DNA of 32,000 nt from Edaphobacter aggregans (GTDB lineage Bacteria > Acidobacteriota > Terriglobia > Terriglobales > Acidobacteriaceae), in contig NZ_RSDW01000001.1 of NCBI RefSeq assembly GCF_003945235.1, forward strand, positions 2,550,001 through 2,582,000. The letters run 5' to 3'. Each line of letters begins with the position of its first letter. Within the stretch, counting starts at the first letter, position 1. Below are positions 24,132 to 32,000 of this stretch, piece after piece. The notes below the pieces were generated by a model, which saw only the letters and a list, made by a program, of their open reading frames with translations, made no database searches and was not told where the DNA came from. Position numbers and translations under genes: made by a program.

Positions 24132-25232
24132 ATGATTTTGCGCATGCTGAGTTGTATCCTTCCACTGTCGCTTGCGTTGCTTCCACTTGCACTGGGCGCT
24201 CAAGAAAAAACGGCAAATCCTTCGCCCGCATACAAACTGACTATTACGCAAAAGTATCCCGATATGGGTACTTATTTTGCAGTCGCTCGAGACCAGTCTC
24301 TGCTGTTCTTTATTGGCAACAAGGCGGGTGATTGGGATCTGATTCGTGTCACCGATTGGGATACGCCTTCTCCTAAGAAGGAAAAGTTGCGGTTAAATGG
24401 ACCAACGCACGAGGAGATCGAGAGTGCGTTCTACCGTCAATCAAACTTCGTACTTACAAATGATGGGCGGTTCGCAATAACTCGCGTCGAGAGAGCGGCG
24501 CCTGGTATGGCCTCCAGCTTTCGGAGAAACAGCCAAGCGGTCATCAACGTAATCGATTTGCAAAGCTACTCCGTTGTTTCAACCCTCCACACTGCGGACC
24601 AACTTCTGGCTGGTGGGTTTTGGCGGACGTTTGAAGAGCATTCGATTCTCGCGGAATACGGAGCAAGCGAGAAGGCTGCGAGCGGTAATACGTTCTCGCG
24701 GCAGTCAGTCGCTCAACTTGAGGTGCCATCCATGCATGCATCGATCGAGTGCAACTATCTGCTGCATTACGGCGAGATGAAACAGGATGGGCATGGCGGA
24801 TGGAGTCGAACAACGTCCAATTCGGACATGTCGCCTGGCTGCGCAGAAATGATGGACAAGACCAACGCGTCGGAACCGGAAGGCATTCAGAAATTTCAAC
24901 CCGTGAGTAGCGCGGTCAGAGGCCTCAAGTTTCAACCGCAGGAGTTTTCCGGCAGCCCAGCGGCATGGCGTGGATGTTCCCTTGTCGAAGAAAGCGCGGA
25001 AGATAAGCTGGCCCTTTTTGATTGCGGTAACAGTCACCAGACCTGGTACGACTCTGTGAAGATGGATTCAAGAGCTTATTTTGTTGTGGACGTCACAACC
25101 GGGGCAGCGCTTCTGCGCGTCTCTGTAAATCCGTCAAAGAGCGCCGTCGGTCATCTGACAACACACGAAGGGAAGCCATGGTTGGCTTTGCTAGCAGATC
25201 ACATCGACCTTGCGTTTTATCCGATCCAATAA
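24132..25232 (+). CDS. Secreted protein of unknown function in a low-GC gene
   Basis: 366 aa with the signal MILRMLSCILPLSLALLPLALGA|QEK. I recognise no family. The composition is visibly lower in GC than either flank. Confidence 0.65.
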   Translation: MILRMLSCILPLSLALLPLALGAQEKTANPSPAYKLTITQKYPDMGTYFAVARDQSLLFFIGNKAGDWDLIRVTDWDTPSPKKEKLRLNGPTHEEIESAFYRQSNFVLTNDGRFAITRVERAAPGMASSFRRNSQAVINVIDLQSYSVVSTLHTADQLLAGGFWRTFEEHSILAEYGASEKAASGNTFSRQSVAQLEVPSMHASIECNYLLHYGEMKQDGHGGWSRTTSNSDMSPGCAEMMDKTNASEPEGIQKFQPVSSAVRGLKFQPQEFSGSPAAWRGCSLVEESAEDKLALFDCGNSHQTWYDSVKMDSRAYFVVDVTTGAALLRVSVNPSKSAVGHLTTHEGKPWLALLADHIDLAFYPIQ

Positions 25233-25263
25233 AAATGGCGACGCTGGTGCCATCAGCGTCGCC
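25229..25263 (-). terminator. Rho-independent terminator after the aminotransferase gene (shared convergent region)
   Basis: ggcgacgctg (25237-25246) pairs with cagcgtcgcc (25254-25263). On the minus strand the hairpin is followed by atttttatt. Confidence 0.8.
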
Positions 25264-25276
25264 GTTGGTGATAGTG

Positions 25277-26476
25277 CTACTTGGTGCGTTCTGCGAAGAC
25301 GTTTTGAGCTGCGATCAGGCCTTTGCCGAATTCGAAGTTGGGTAGGGGGAGCTTGGCGGCTACGGCTACTTGTTCCAGAGCGCCGATGATGGCGATGGTG
25401 TCCATGTAGTCGAAGAAGCCGAGGTGGGCGATGCGGAAGAGGTGGCCCTTCATTTCGCCCTGGCCGTCTGTGACGATGGCAGCGAACTTCGACTTGAGGC
25501 CCTTGACGATGACACCGGAGTCGGTGCCTTCAGGGGGCAGGATCGCCGTGGCTGCGGCTGCTTCGTAGCCCTTGGGCGCGAAGAGCTTGAGGCCCATGGC
25601 TTCGGCTGCGGCGCGGGTCATGGCAGCGCAGGTCTCGGCGTTGTCGACGAGCTTCTTGCGGCCTTCGGCTAGGTTGCCTTCGGGGCTTTCGGGGGTTGCA
25701 GCCTGCTTGGCGATGTAGTCGAGCGAGGCACCCAGCGCGGCGATCAGCGCCACCGACGGTGTGTAGGCCGACTCACCCTTGGCGGCGTTCTTGCGCTCCT
25801 TGCGGAGATCGAAGTAGTAGCGCGGGTTGTAGGTGGCCTCCATGCGGTCCCAGGCGCGCTGGCTGACGGCAAGGTAAGCGAGGCCCGGCGGAATCATGAC
25901 GGCCTTCTGGGAGCCGCCGATGAGGACGTCGATACCCCAGCCATCCATGTCGAGGTGCGTGGTGCCGAGGCCGGTGATGGCGTCGACGACGAGCAGAGCC
26001 TCGCTGCCGTTCTCCTTGAGGAGGTTGGCAATGCCCTTGATGTCGTGGCGGACGCCGGTGGACGATTCGGTAGCCTGGACGAAGACGGCGCGGGTCTCAA
26101 GCTTGAGGGCGGCGCTGACCTGATCGAGCGTAAACGTGCTGCCGTAGGGGGCTTCGACAACGTCGACGTGGCAGCCGAAGGCCTTCGTGAGGCCGCTCCA
26201 GCGCTCGCCGAACTTACCGGCGCTGAGGACGAGGACACGGTCGCCGGGCGACGTGAGGTTGGAGACCGAAGCTTCCATGGCTCCGGTGCCGCCGCTCGAG
26301 AGGATGATGACGTCGTTCTTGGTGCCGACGAATTCTTTGAGCTGGGCGAGGACGCGGGTGTAGAGGGCGCGGAACTCGGGCGTGCGGTGGTGAATGTCAG
26401 CGGCTGCCATGGCGAACTGGGCGGCGGGGAGCAGGGGCGTCGGGCCAGGTGTAAAGAGGCGAGTTTTCCGGATCAT
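25277..26476 (-). CDS. Class V pyridoxal-phosphate aminotransferase (alanine-glyoxylate/serine-pyruvate family; possibly acting as phosphoserine aminotransferase)
   Basis: 399 aa. LFTPGPTP, the SGGTGAMEA loop and GSQKAVMIPPGLA (PLP-Lys region) are typical. The phosphoserine aminotransferase role is only an inference from the nearby serA. Confidence 0.85.
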   Translation of the reverse strand: MIRKTRLFTPGPTPLLPAAQFAMAAADIHHRTPEFRALYTRVLAQLKEFVGTKNDVIILSSGGTGAMEASVSNLTSPGDRVLVLSAGKFGERWSGLTKAFGCHVDVVEAPYGSTFTLDQVSAALKLETRAVFVQATESSTGVRHDIKGIANLLKENGSEALLVVDAITGLGTTHLDMDGWGIDVLIGGSQKAVMIPPGLAYLAVSQRAWDRMEATYNPRYYFDLRKERKNAAKGESAYTPSVALIAALGASLDYIAKQAATPESPEGNLAEGRKKLVDNAETCAAMTRAAAEAMGLKLFAPKGYEAAAATAILPPEGTDSGVIVKGLKSKFAAIVTDGQGEMKGHLFRIAHLGFFDYMDTIAIIGALEQVAVAAKLPLPNFEFGKGLIAAQNVFAERTK

Positions 26477-26536
26477 GAGTTTATTGTAGCGAGTCAGCAG
26501 GGCGGCGAGTTCGCAAGTCAGCGGGTTTGCGGAACT

Positions 26537-26542
26537 TATAAT
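26537..26542 (+). promoter_or_regulatory. Possible -10 box for yqeY
   Basis: A consensus TATAAT lies 33 nt upstream of the ATG at 26575. I found no convincing -35. Confidence 0.3.
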
Positions 26543-26574
26543 CGGATGTTGATGTTTGTGAGGGCGAGAAGGTT

Positions 26575-27042
26575 ATGACGATTGGCGAGAAGATACAGGC
26601 GGATATTGTTACCGCGATGAAGGCTCGGGACGAGCACAAGCTGACCACGCTGCGGATGGTGAAGTCGGCGCTGAAGAACAAGGAGATCGACAAGCGCGAG
26701 AAGCTGAGCGATGCCGAGGAGTCGCAGATACTGACGACGCTGATCAAGCAGCGCAAGGAGTCGGTGGAGTCGTTTACCAAGGGCAACCGGCCGGAGCTGG
26801 CCGAGAAGGAGCGCGTGGAGATCGGGATCATCGAGGCCTACCTCCCGCAGGCTGCGGGCGAGGACGAGATTCGCGCGGTAGTGCAGGCCGCGATCGCTCA
26901 GATTGCCGAGGGCGGGACGAAGCCGGGGCCAAAGGAGATGGGCTCAGTAATGAAGGCGGTGCAGCAGCGGATTCAGGCTGGCGGACTGCGGGCCGATGGG
27001 AAGCTCGTCAGCGAGCTGGTGAAATCGGAGCTGGCGAAGTAG
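26575..27042 (+). CDS. yqeY: GatB/YqeY domain protein
   Basis: 155 aa. KARDEHKLTTLRMVKSALKNKEID..., KQRKESVESF and AEKERVEIGIIEAYLP are typical of YqeY. Confidence 0.88.
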   Translation: MTIGEKIQADIVTAMKARDEHKLTTLRMVKSALKNKEIDKREKLSDAEESQILTTLIKQRKESVESFTKGNRPELAEKERVEIGIIEAYLPQAAGEDEIRAVVQAAIAQIAEGGTKPGPKEMGSVMKAVQQRIQAGGLRADGKLVSELVKSELAK

Positions 27043-27067
27043 ACGACGATCTCGACAGGTTTTCTTC

Positions 27068-27096
27068 TTGCTCAAAGCATCGCGGAGCATTATATG
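27068..27096 (+). promoter_or_regulatory. Putative sigma70-type promoter for the lysozyme gene
   Basis: TTGCTC (27068-27073), a 17-nt spacer, then TATATG (27091-27096), about 75 nt upstream of the ATG at 27172. Confidence 0.35.
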
Positions 27097-27171
27097 TAGC
27101 TGACGGACAAACAGCTATTAGTGCGTGGGCTCCCCCGTTTCTGTTCTGAGAAAAAACAAAGGAGAAAGCGA

Positions 27172-27615
27172 ATGGCAAATTTTACTTATGGCGATGCTGG
27201 TTTGGCGCTCACCAAGAACTTTGAAGGGTGCGTTTTGACTGCCTATGCGGATCAGGGCGGGGTGTGGACGATCGGATATGGGCATACCGGGCCGGGAGTG
27301 CATGCCGGCTTGACGATCACGCAGGACCAGGCGGATGCGTTTCTGGAGAGCGATGTCGCCGGGTCGGTGGCTTGTGTGAACCGGCTAGTCACGGCGAACA
27401 TCAACCAGAACCAGTTCGATGCGTTGGTGGACTTTGTGTTCAACCTCGGGTGCGCGAGTCTGTCGCAGTCGACGCTGCTGCGCTATGTGAATACGGGCGA
27501 CTTTGCGGACGCGGCGACGCAGTTTCTGCGCTGGGACCATATCCGCGGGGTCGTCATCTCTGGGTTAACGCGGCGGCGGCAGGCTGAGGCGACTTTGTTT
27601 GGCACTGCGGCTTGA
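27172..27615 (+). CDS. GH24 phage-type lysozyme (muramidase)
   Basis: The ATG at 27172 follows AAAGGAGAAAG; the track ORF starts at 27121. NFEGCVLTAYADQGGVWTIGYGHT (catalytic Glu in FEG), NQFDALVDFVFNLG and GLTRRRQAE fit the family. There is no signal peptide. Confidence 0.88.
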   Translation: MANFTYGDAGLALTKNFEGCVLTAYADQGGVWTIGYGHTGPGVHAGLTITQDQADAFLESDVAGSVACVNRLVTANINQNQFDALVDFVFNLGCASLSQSTLLRYVNTGDFADAATQFLRWDHIRGVVISGLTRRRQAEATLFGTAA

Positions 27616-27643
27616 GTTTCATGCTTAATCCCAAGAACTGACC

Positions 27644-29740
27644 CTACGCGCGGAGGGTAAAGCGGTAGAGCCAGCTGCCCCCGCACCACTGGGGGTAGTT
27701 GGTGCCCCAGGCGTTGTTGAAGAGGTTGATGTGGACGCCCGAGTTGAGAACGGGCAGGTCGAGAGAAAAGTTGAGCGGAGAGCGCTGGCCGAGGGCTACG
27801 ACAGGGGCGTCGAGGGTGCTGAGGTCAAAGGTGCCCGAGGGGTCGGCGTAGCGGATGTTTTCTGCGATGGAGTGCATGTTGCGGTTGCCGCCACGAACGA
27901 CGTCGGCGATGCGGATGGGCTGGCCGGACTTCTCGAGGAGCCAGCCGGAGGTTTGTGGGGCGTCGGGGGCGAAGGTAAGCCACATGGCTTCGGGCAGGCG
28001 ATTCTCGGGCTTGTCGATGGTGGAGAGAGTCATGTGGATGGTGGGCTCGTCGTCCGGGAGCGATAAGTCGAGGTAGATGGTCGCGGGTGGCGCGGTGATC
28101 TGGGCGTCCTCAGGCTTGATGTCGATCTTAAGTTCGAGGAGCAGGCGATGGCTCTTATCAGTACCAGTCCATGCCTGCGTGAGGGTGGGGTGCCACTCGG
28201 CTGAACGGGCTCCGAAGTGTTCGATGTTGGGTTTGCCGAAGTCCTGCGGGGCCCACCACTCCTTGCTCTTGACGTAGGCGTCGAGGAAGCGGGAGAAGTC
28301 TTCGGCGGAGAGGGTCTGATACGTGAAGAGGGCGAGAGGGTGACTTGGAGACGCCCACTCTTTGCCGGTCTTGCGGTTCTTGAGACCGACGACGGCTCCG
28401 GTTTGCGGGTCAACGGCGAGGGTGTAGTGGCGGGATTCTAGCGCGATGGGATTCGTCGGCGATATCGTCAGGGGCCTGAGGCCAGCGTATGACGGAACCT
28501 GTGGGTCAAGCTGCTTCAGAGACTGCTGCGCCTGAGTGCGAAGAGCCTCGGGAAGGGTGTCGATGGCTTTTGGGTTGTTGTCGCGCTTCTCCTGCCACGA
28601 GATAACCATGGTCTTGTAGCCGGGGAATTTGACTGGGTCAGCCAGGGCCAGTTGGAGATCGTGCGGAGTGTAATGGTCGTGGTCGAGGTAGGTTTTGGTG
28701 TCGGTGCCCCAGGTGTGCTCGACGTTCAGAAGGAAGTGGCCGAGAAGTTTGCGGTCGGTCGCATCGCCAACGGTGAACTTCTTGTCGTGGAGCCACTGGC
28801 GGCGGAGGCGGGAGATCTCGCGGTAGGTAGCTAGTTTGAGCGGGTCGCTGGGTGCGCCGTAGATCCATGTGTCGCCGATCTCCTGCGTAACGATGGGGAG
28901 CTGTGAGCGGATGGGATCGGTTGCGGCGGCGACCTCGTTGAGGTTGGAGGCCTGGATGGTGGCGTTTGGAAATTGGGCGCGAAGGCTGGCGTAGGTCTTG
29001 CGGATTTCATCGAGGGAATGTGGGCCGGCGTTGTCGTTGGCCATCTCCATGGCGAAGACGGTGGTGGTGCCGGGGATGGGGACGATGCCACCGTAGTTGT
29101 GGTGGTGGTAGACCATGACGAGTTCGGCGCCGGCGGGGTCGCGCCAGAGAAAGATGGGTGGGACATCGGGAGGCGTGCTGGCGGCGTTGACGCCGATGTC
29201 GAGAAGACGGACGCCGGCGGCGGCGAGGGGCGTGATGATGCCGCGAGTGTGGCCGGGGACGTCGGACATTTTGGAGCCGGTGGTCTTTTTGCCGAACCGC
29301 GAGTCGAGCGTGGCAGAAAGAGAGAGGCCTCCGGCGATAAGAGTGGGGTCGAGGAGCTCGGTCTGCCAGCTGAATGGGATGGCGTGCCACGCGATGTCCC
29401 CTGCCGCGATGGCCTGCTCCATGGCGCGGCGCTGGGCGGGGGTGGCCTGCTCGAGGTACTCGTAGAGGAGCCAGGAGCCTGTGGTCCAGGTGTAGTGGTC
29501 GGGGCCGGACTGGCGGAGCGTTGCGGCGGTAGCCATGGCCGCGGGGTAGTAGACGTCGAAGTATTTACGGATGATGTTGGCCTGTGTGTCGATAAAGCCT
29601 ACGTCGAGGTGGCATTTGGAGACGACGAGGACTCGGGTGACCTGGGCGGCATCGGGTAAGGCGGGCTCAGCGAAGAGGGTGCGGGTAGTGGCGGCTCCAG
29701 CGGTGAGGGCGGCTAGTTTGAGCAGTTCGCGGCGGTGCAT
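27644..29740 (-). CDS. Tat-exported glycoside-hydrolase-like protein (GH38 N-terminal / DUF5054-like)
   Basis: The probable start is MHRRELLKLAALTAGAATTRTLFA (twin-arginine motif), with AGGAG 4 nt upstream. VLVVSKCHLDVGF resembles the metal-binding start of GH38-type domains. The family assignment is tentative. Confidence 0.55.
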   Translation of the reverse strand: MHRRELLKLAALTAGAATTRTLFAEPALPDAAQVTRVLVVSKCHLDVGFIDTQANIIRKYFDVYYPAAMATAATLRQSGPDHYTWTTGSWLLYEYLEQATPAQRRAMEQAIAAGDIAWHAIPFSWQTELLDPTLIAGGLSLSATLDSRFGKKTTGSKMSDVPGHTRGIITPLAAAGVRLLDIGVNAASTPPDVPPIFLWRDPAGAELVMVYHHHNYGGIVPIPGTTTVFAMEMANDNAGPHSLDEIRKTYASLRAQFPNATIQASNLNEVAAATDPIRSQLPIVTQEIGDTWIYGAPSDPLKLATYREISRLRRQWLHDKKFTVGDATDRKLLGHFLLNVEHTWGTDTKTYLDHDHYTPHDLQLALADPVKFPGYKTMVISWQEKRDNNPKAIDTLPEALRTQAQQSLKQLDPQVPSYAGLRPLTISPTNPIALESRHYTLAVDPQTGAVVGLKNRKTGKEWASPSHPLALFTYQTLSAEDFSRFLDAYVKSKEWWAPQDFGKPNIEHFGARSAEWHPTLTQAWTGTDKSHRLLLELKIDIKPEDAQITAPPATIYLDLSLPDDEPTIHMTLSTIDKPENRLPEAMWLTFAPDAPQTSGWLLEKSGQPIRIADVVRGGNRNMHSIAENIRYADPSGTFDLSTLDAPVVALGQRSPLNFSLDLPVLNSGVHINLFNNAWGTNYPQWCGGSWLYRFTLRA

Positions 29741-29860
29741 CGGGCTCCTGAGGGTGCACGACAGGTTTATCACTTTTCGATGGCTTCGTGAGAGGGGGGC
29801 AGGATCAGGGCGGAATTCGCTTGCGTTCGGCTAGAATCGCGATGTTGAAAGGAGGTAGAT

Positions 29861-30226
29861 ATGCCGCCTACGCTTGGCAATGGAAAGATCTGCTATATCG
29901 AGATACCTGCGATCGATATTGGGCGCTCAGCTGATTTCTACTCTGGTGTCTTTGGATGGAAGATCCGGCGACGTGGGGATGGTGCGACGGCCTTTGACGA
30001 TAGCGTCGGCGAGGTGAGCGGCGCGTTTGTGCTGGGGCGACCGCCCGCTTCACAGCCGGGACTGATGGTGTATGTGATGGTCGATAGCGTGGCAGCGACC
30101 GTCGATGCTGTCGTGGCCAACGGGGGCGAGATCGTCCAGCCAATCGGAGCTGATGCTCCGGAGATCACGGCCCGGTTTCGCGATCCTGCCGGGAATGTAA
30201 TCGGGCTTTATCAGAATCCTGTGTAG
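29861..30226 (+). CDS. VOC (glyoxalase/bleomycin-resistance/dioxygenase) family protein
   Basis: 121 aa. ICYIEIPAIDIGRSADFYSGVFGW...RFRDPAGNVIGLYQ is the typical VOC beta-alpha-beta-beta-beta pattern. Confidence 0.8.
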   Translation: MPPTLGNGKICYIEIPAIDIGRSADFYSGVFGWKIRRRGDGATAFDDSVGEVSGAFVLGRPPASQPGLMVYVMVDSVAATVDAVVANGGEIVQPIGADAPEITARFRDPAGNVIGLYQNPV

Positions 30227-30280
30227 AGATGGCTTCCTCCACGCCGCAAAATTGGAGTGCGACACGGAGGAAGACAGGGA

Positions 30281-30781
30281 TCAAAGAGAACGGAATCTGC
30301 GACGAAGTGTCTCCGCTCCGGCAAGTGCTCCAGTGGCCAGCAGGGCCAGGCCGGACGGCTCGGGTATGGGAGATGGGTCGGACGGTGCGTCTGCCGCGAT
30401 GACGAGCTTGTACTTGGCGCCGTCGATGTCGTCGGTAAGTTTGAACTTTCCAAGCAGGAACGTCGGGGCATCGTTAGTTCCTGTGAAAAGTTGATCACTG
30501 TCGAAGACAAGCGTGGAGGGATTGGGCTGGACCTCAAGTCCACCACCGAAGTCGCTGTCGTAGAAGGTCAACGTCGAATTGGTCGTGCTGACGCCGTTCT
30601 CGGTAACGGTGATGCCCTGGATGATAAAGCCGAAGGAGATCGGCGTAACGATAGGGCTTGCAGCCAGGGAGAACGTAAAGGTGTTGCCTTCGCCGGTGAG
30701 CGTGAAGGAGTCGGCCCTTGCTGCAAGCGTGGCGGAGGCGGCAATGGCGAGAAGGGACAGAGCTTTGACGAGTACGCGCAT
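30281..30781 (-). CDS. PEP-CTERM sorting-domain secreted protein
   Basis: 166 aa with a signal peptide ending AARA. The C-terminus PIPEPSGLALLATGALAGAETLRRRF is a canonical PEP-CTERM motif, TM helix and basic tail. Confidence 0.88.
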   Translation of the reverse strand: MRVLVKALSLLAIAASATLAARADSFTLTGEGNTFTFSLAASPIVTPISFGFIIQGITVTENGVSTTNSTLTFYDSDFGGGLEVQPNPSTLVFDSDQLFTGTNDAPTFLLGKFKLTDDIDGAKYKLVIAADAPSDPSPIPEPSGLALLATGALAGAETLRRRFRSL

Positions 30782-31038
30782 ACAGGGACAGCCCTTTCGA
30801 ACAAGTGCGGAATATGTGACGGCTTTATGCGAGGTTGTCCGTAAGCGGGCTACAAGTCAACGGAAGAGGCCTTCCATTTTCCCCCGCAAAGGTTTGCAGC
30901 ACGATGCGATTCGCCAATCGTGGCGCGGATTTTAGAGAGTTTGAAGAAGCTGCGAAGACAAAACGATTTACGAACATTTCATCGTACGGTGAATCGATGG
31001 ATGAACGCTCGGTTACAGATGCACGCGAGTGAATATTC

Positions 31039-31073
31039 TTACTCGTGGATGATTTTTTTACGAAGACGCCGTC
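31039..31073 (-). repeat. Duplicated copy of the 3' end of the RNase H gene (direct repeat, left copy)
   Basis: ttactcgtggatgatttttttacgaagacgccgtc versus 31556-31588 ttactcgcggatgatttttacgaagacgccgtc. The differences are one substitution and a 2-nt T-run length change. On the minus strand it would read DGVFVKKIIHE-stop. Confidence 0.85.
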
Positions 31074-31127
31074 TGATAGGGTCTTCCAACTCTATCGACT
31101 GGCCAATGAATCAGGAGGGAGCGACTT

Positions 31128-31553
31128 ATGATTGCCAAAACTGTTTGGACCAGGGAGATGGAATTTGAGGGCCGCTCCGAAAGTGGTCATAACGTCACTT
31201 TCGATGGCGGAGCCGCGCACCACGGCGGCCCTTCACCCATGGAGGCGGTACTGATGGCCCTTTGCAGTTGCAGCTCCGTCGACGTCGTCTCGATCCTGCA
31301 AAAGAAGCGCGAACCTCTCACCAGCCTCACTGTATCGGTAACCGCTGAACAGGCCGCTGCACCGCCACGGGTCTTTACAAAGATCACGCTGACCTACCTG
31401 ATTGGTGGTGCTGTCTCAAAGAAGGCCGCCGAAACCGCAGTCTCGCTGTCGAAGAATAAATACTGCTCGGTCTCGAAGATGTTGGAAAAGACAGCCCAGA
31501 TCGACTACACCATCGAATACTCAAACGACTCCAGCGCCGTCTCAAGCCAGTAG
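31128..31553 (+). CDS. OsmC/Ohr-family peroxiredoxin-like protein
   Basis: 141 aa with CAGGAGGGA upstream. GPSPMEAVLMALCSCSSVDVVSIL and NKYCSVSKML (the two conserved Cys regions) are typical. Confidence 0.85.
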   Translation: MIAKTVWTREMEFEGRSESGHNVTFDGGAAHHGGPSPMEAVLMALCSCSSVDVVSILQKKREPLTSLTVSVTAEQAAAPPRVFTKITLTYLIGGAVSKKAAETAVSLSKNKYCSVSKMLEKTAQIDYTIEYSNDSSAVSSQ

Positions 31554-31555
31554 CT

Positions 31556-31588
31556 TTACTCGCGGATGATTTTTACGAAGACGCCGTC
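31556..31588 (-). repeat. Right copy of the direct repeat, forming the authentic 3' end of the RNase H gene
   Basis: See 31039-31073. On the minus strand it encodes ...DGVFVKIIRE-stop. Confidence 0.85.
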
Positions 31589-32000
31589 GGGCAGCGTTGC
31601 GTTGCCGAGGATGTGGACGACGCCGTCCTTGGTGAAGCCACGGAGCATGGTGTCGGCTTTCGCGTAAGGATTGGGCGGAGCCTCGGATTGAGTGGGGTAG
31701 GGGGTGGCTTTGAGGGGTGCGGGGGCAGGCTGGCCGGACGCATGAGGGCGTTTCATCCCGCGATCCATGGCTTCGTTGGCGAGACGGTCGGCGTCCTTGT
31801 TCTTGTGGCGGAGCGCGTGGCTGATCTCGAACCCTTCGAGCTTAGCGATGCGGTTCCTGGCCTCCTGCCACAGAGGCCGGAGGTCGGGCGAGTTGACCTT
31901 GTACTTGCCCTGAATCTGCTTGACCATCAGCTCGGAGTCGCTGACGACGCGAAGGCGGGGGTGGTGGTGATCGAGAGCGTACTGGAGACTGGCGAGGAGC
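31556..32000 (-). CDS. rnhA: Ribonuclease HI-family protein with a C-terminal extension; the 5' end lies beyond the window
   Basis: The frame stays open upstream of the listed Met to the window edge (...LLASLQYALDHHHPRLRVVSDSELMVKQIQGKYKV...). SDSELMVKQIQG and HALRHKNKDADRLANEAMD fit the RNase H active-site region. A Pro-rich linker and a ~30-aa tail follow. Confidence 0.8.
   Translation of the reverse strand, partial: LLASLQYALDHHHPRLRVVSDSELMVKQIQGKYKVNSPDLRPLWQEARNRIAKLEGFEISHALRHKNKDADRLANEAMDRGMKRPHASGQPAPAPLKATPYPTQSEAPPNPYAKADTMLRGFTKDGVVHILGNATLPDGVFVKIIRE

Noticed and set aside
23643-24251. N-terminal 203 codons of the 589-aa track ORF (22482-24251)
   Set aside because: This Arg-rich sequence is an alternative frame over the DUF1190 lipoprotein gene. 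The conserved GspS-like protein begins at MQRIHLTPRENW (ATG 23642), which has an upstream GGAGCAGGAG and a TAATG overlap.
20775-24251. Type VI secretion locus around the Hcp-like gene
   Set aside because: No TssB/C, VgrG, ClpV, TssM or similar genes are in the window. The Hcp-like protein has a Sec signal, which is incompatible with a canonical T6SS tube role.
27043-29773. Prophage around the GH24 lysozyme
   Set aside because: The neighbours are yqeY and a Tat-exported hydrolase. No capsid, tail, holin, integrase or att-like repeats are visible.

Overview
This is a high-GC (about 60%) chromosomal segment. I infer an Acidobacteriota-like origin from gene content only: a PEP-CTERM protein, a CarboxypepD_reg-domain protein, GH8 and GH38-like hydrolases, and many orphan secreted proteins. 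I can support about 28 protein-coding genes. The housekeeping genes are purM (3' part), purN, mfd, gatB, serA, a class V aminotransferase, yqeY and rnhA (partial). Between them sit accessory secreted or lipoprotein genes: two tandem TrbI/VirB10-like paralogs, a c-type cytochrome, a signal-peptide-bearing Hcp-like protein, glutaminyl cyclase, a DUF1190 lipoprotein translationally coupled to a glutathionylspermidine-synthase-like ATP-grasp enzyme, a GH24 lysozyme, OsmC and a VOC protein. By eye I recognised no rRNA, tRNA, CRISPR array, transposase, integrase or complete defence/secretion locus. The most unusual signals are architectural. (1) Strand composition and synonymous codon choice flip abruptly, with replication-origin polarity, near 12.0-12.1 kb, inside an intact mfd ORF. 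(2) A perfect 12.5-copy heptanucleotide array lies next to members of a small dispersed hairpin-repeat family. (3) Two single-gene segments are bracketed by direct repeats that duplicate a neighbour's 3' end or upstream region. (4) Several signal peptides have a predicted +1 Gln and co-occur with an exported glutaminyl cyclase. All homology calls come from reading motifs in the translations. No database search or program was run.
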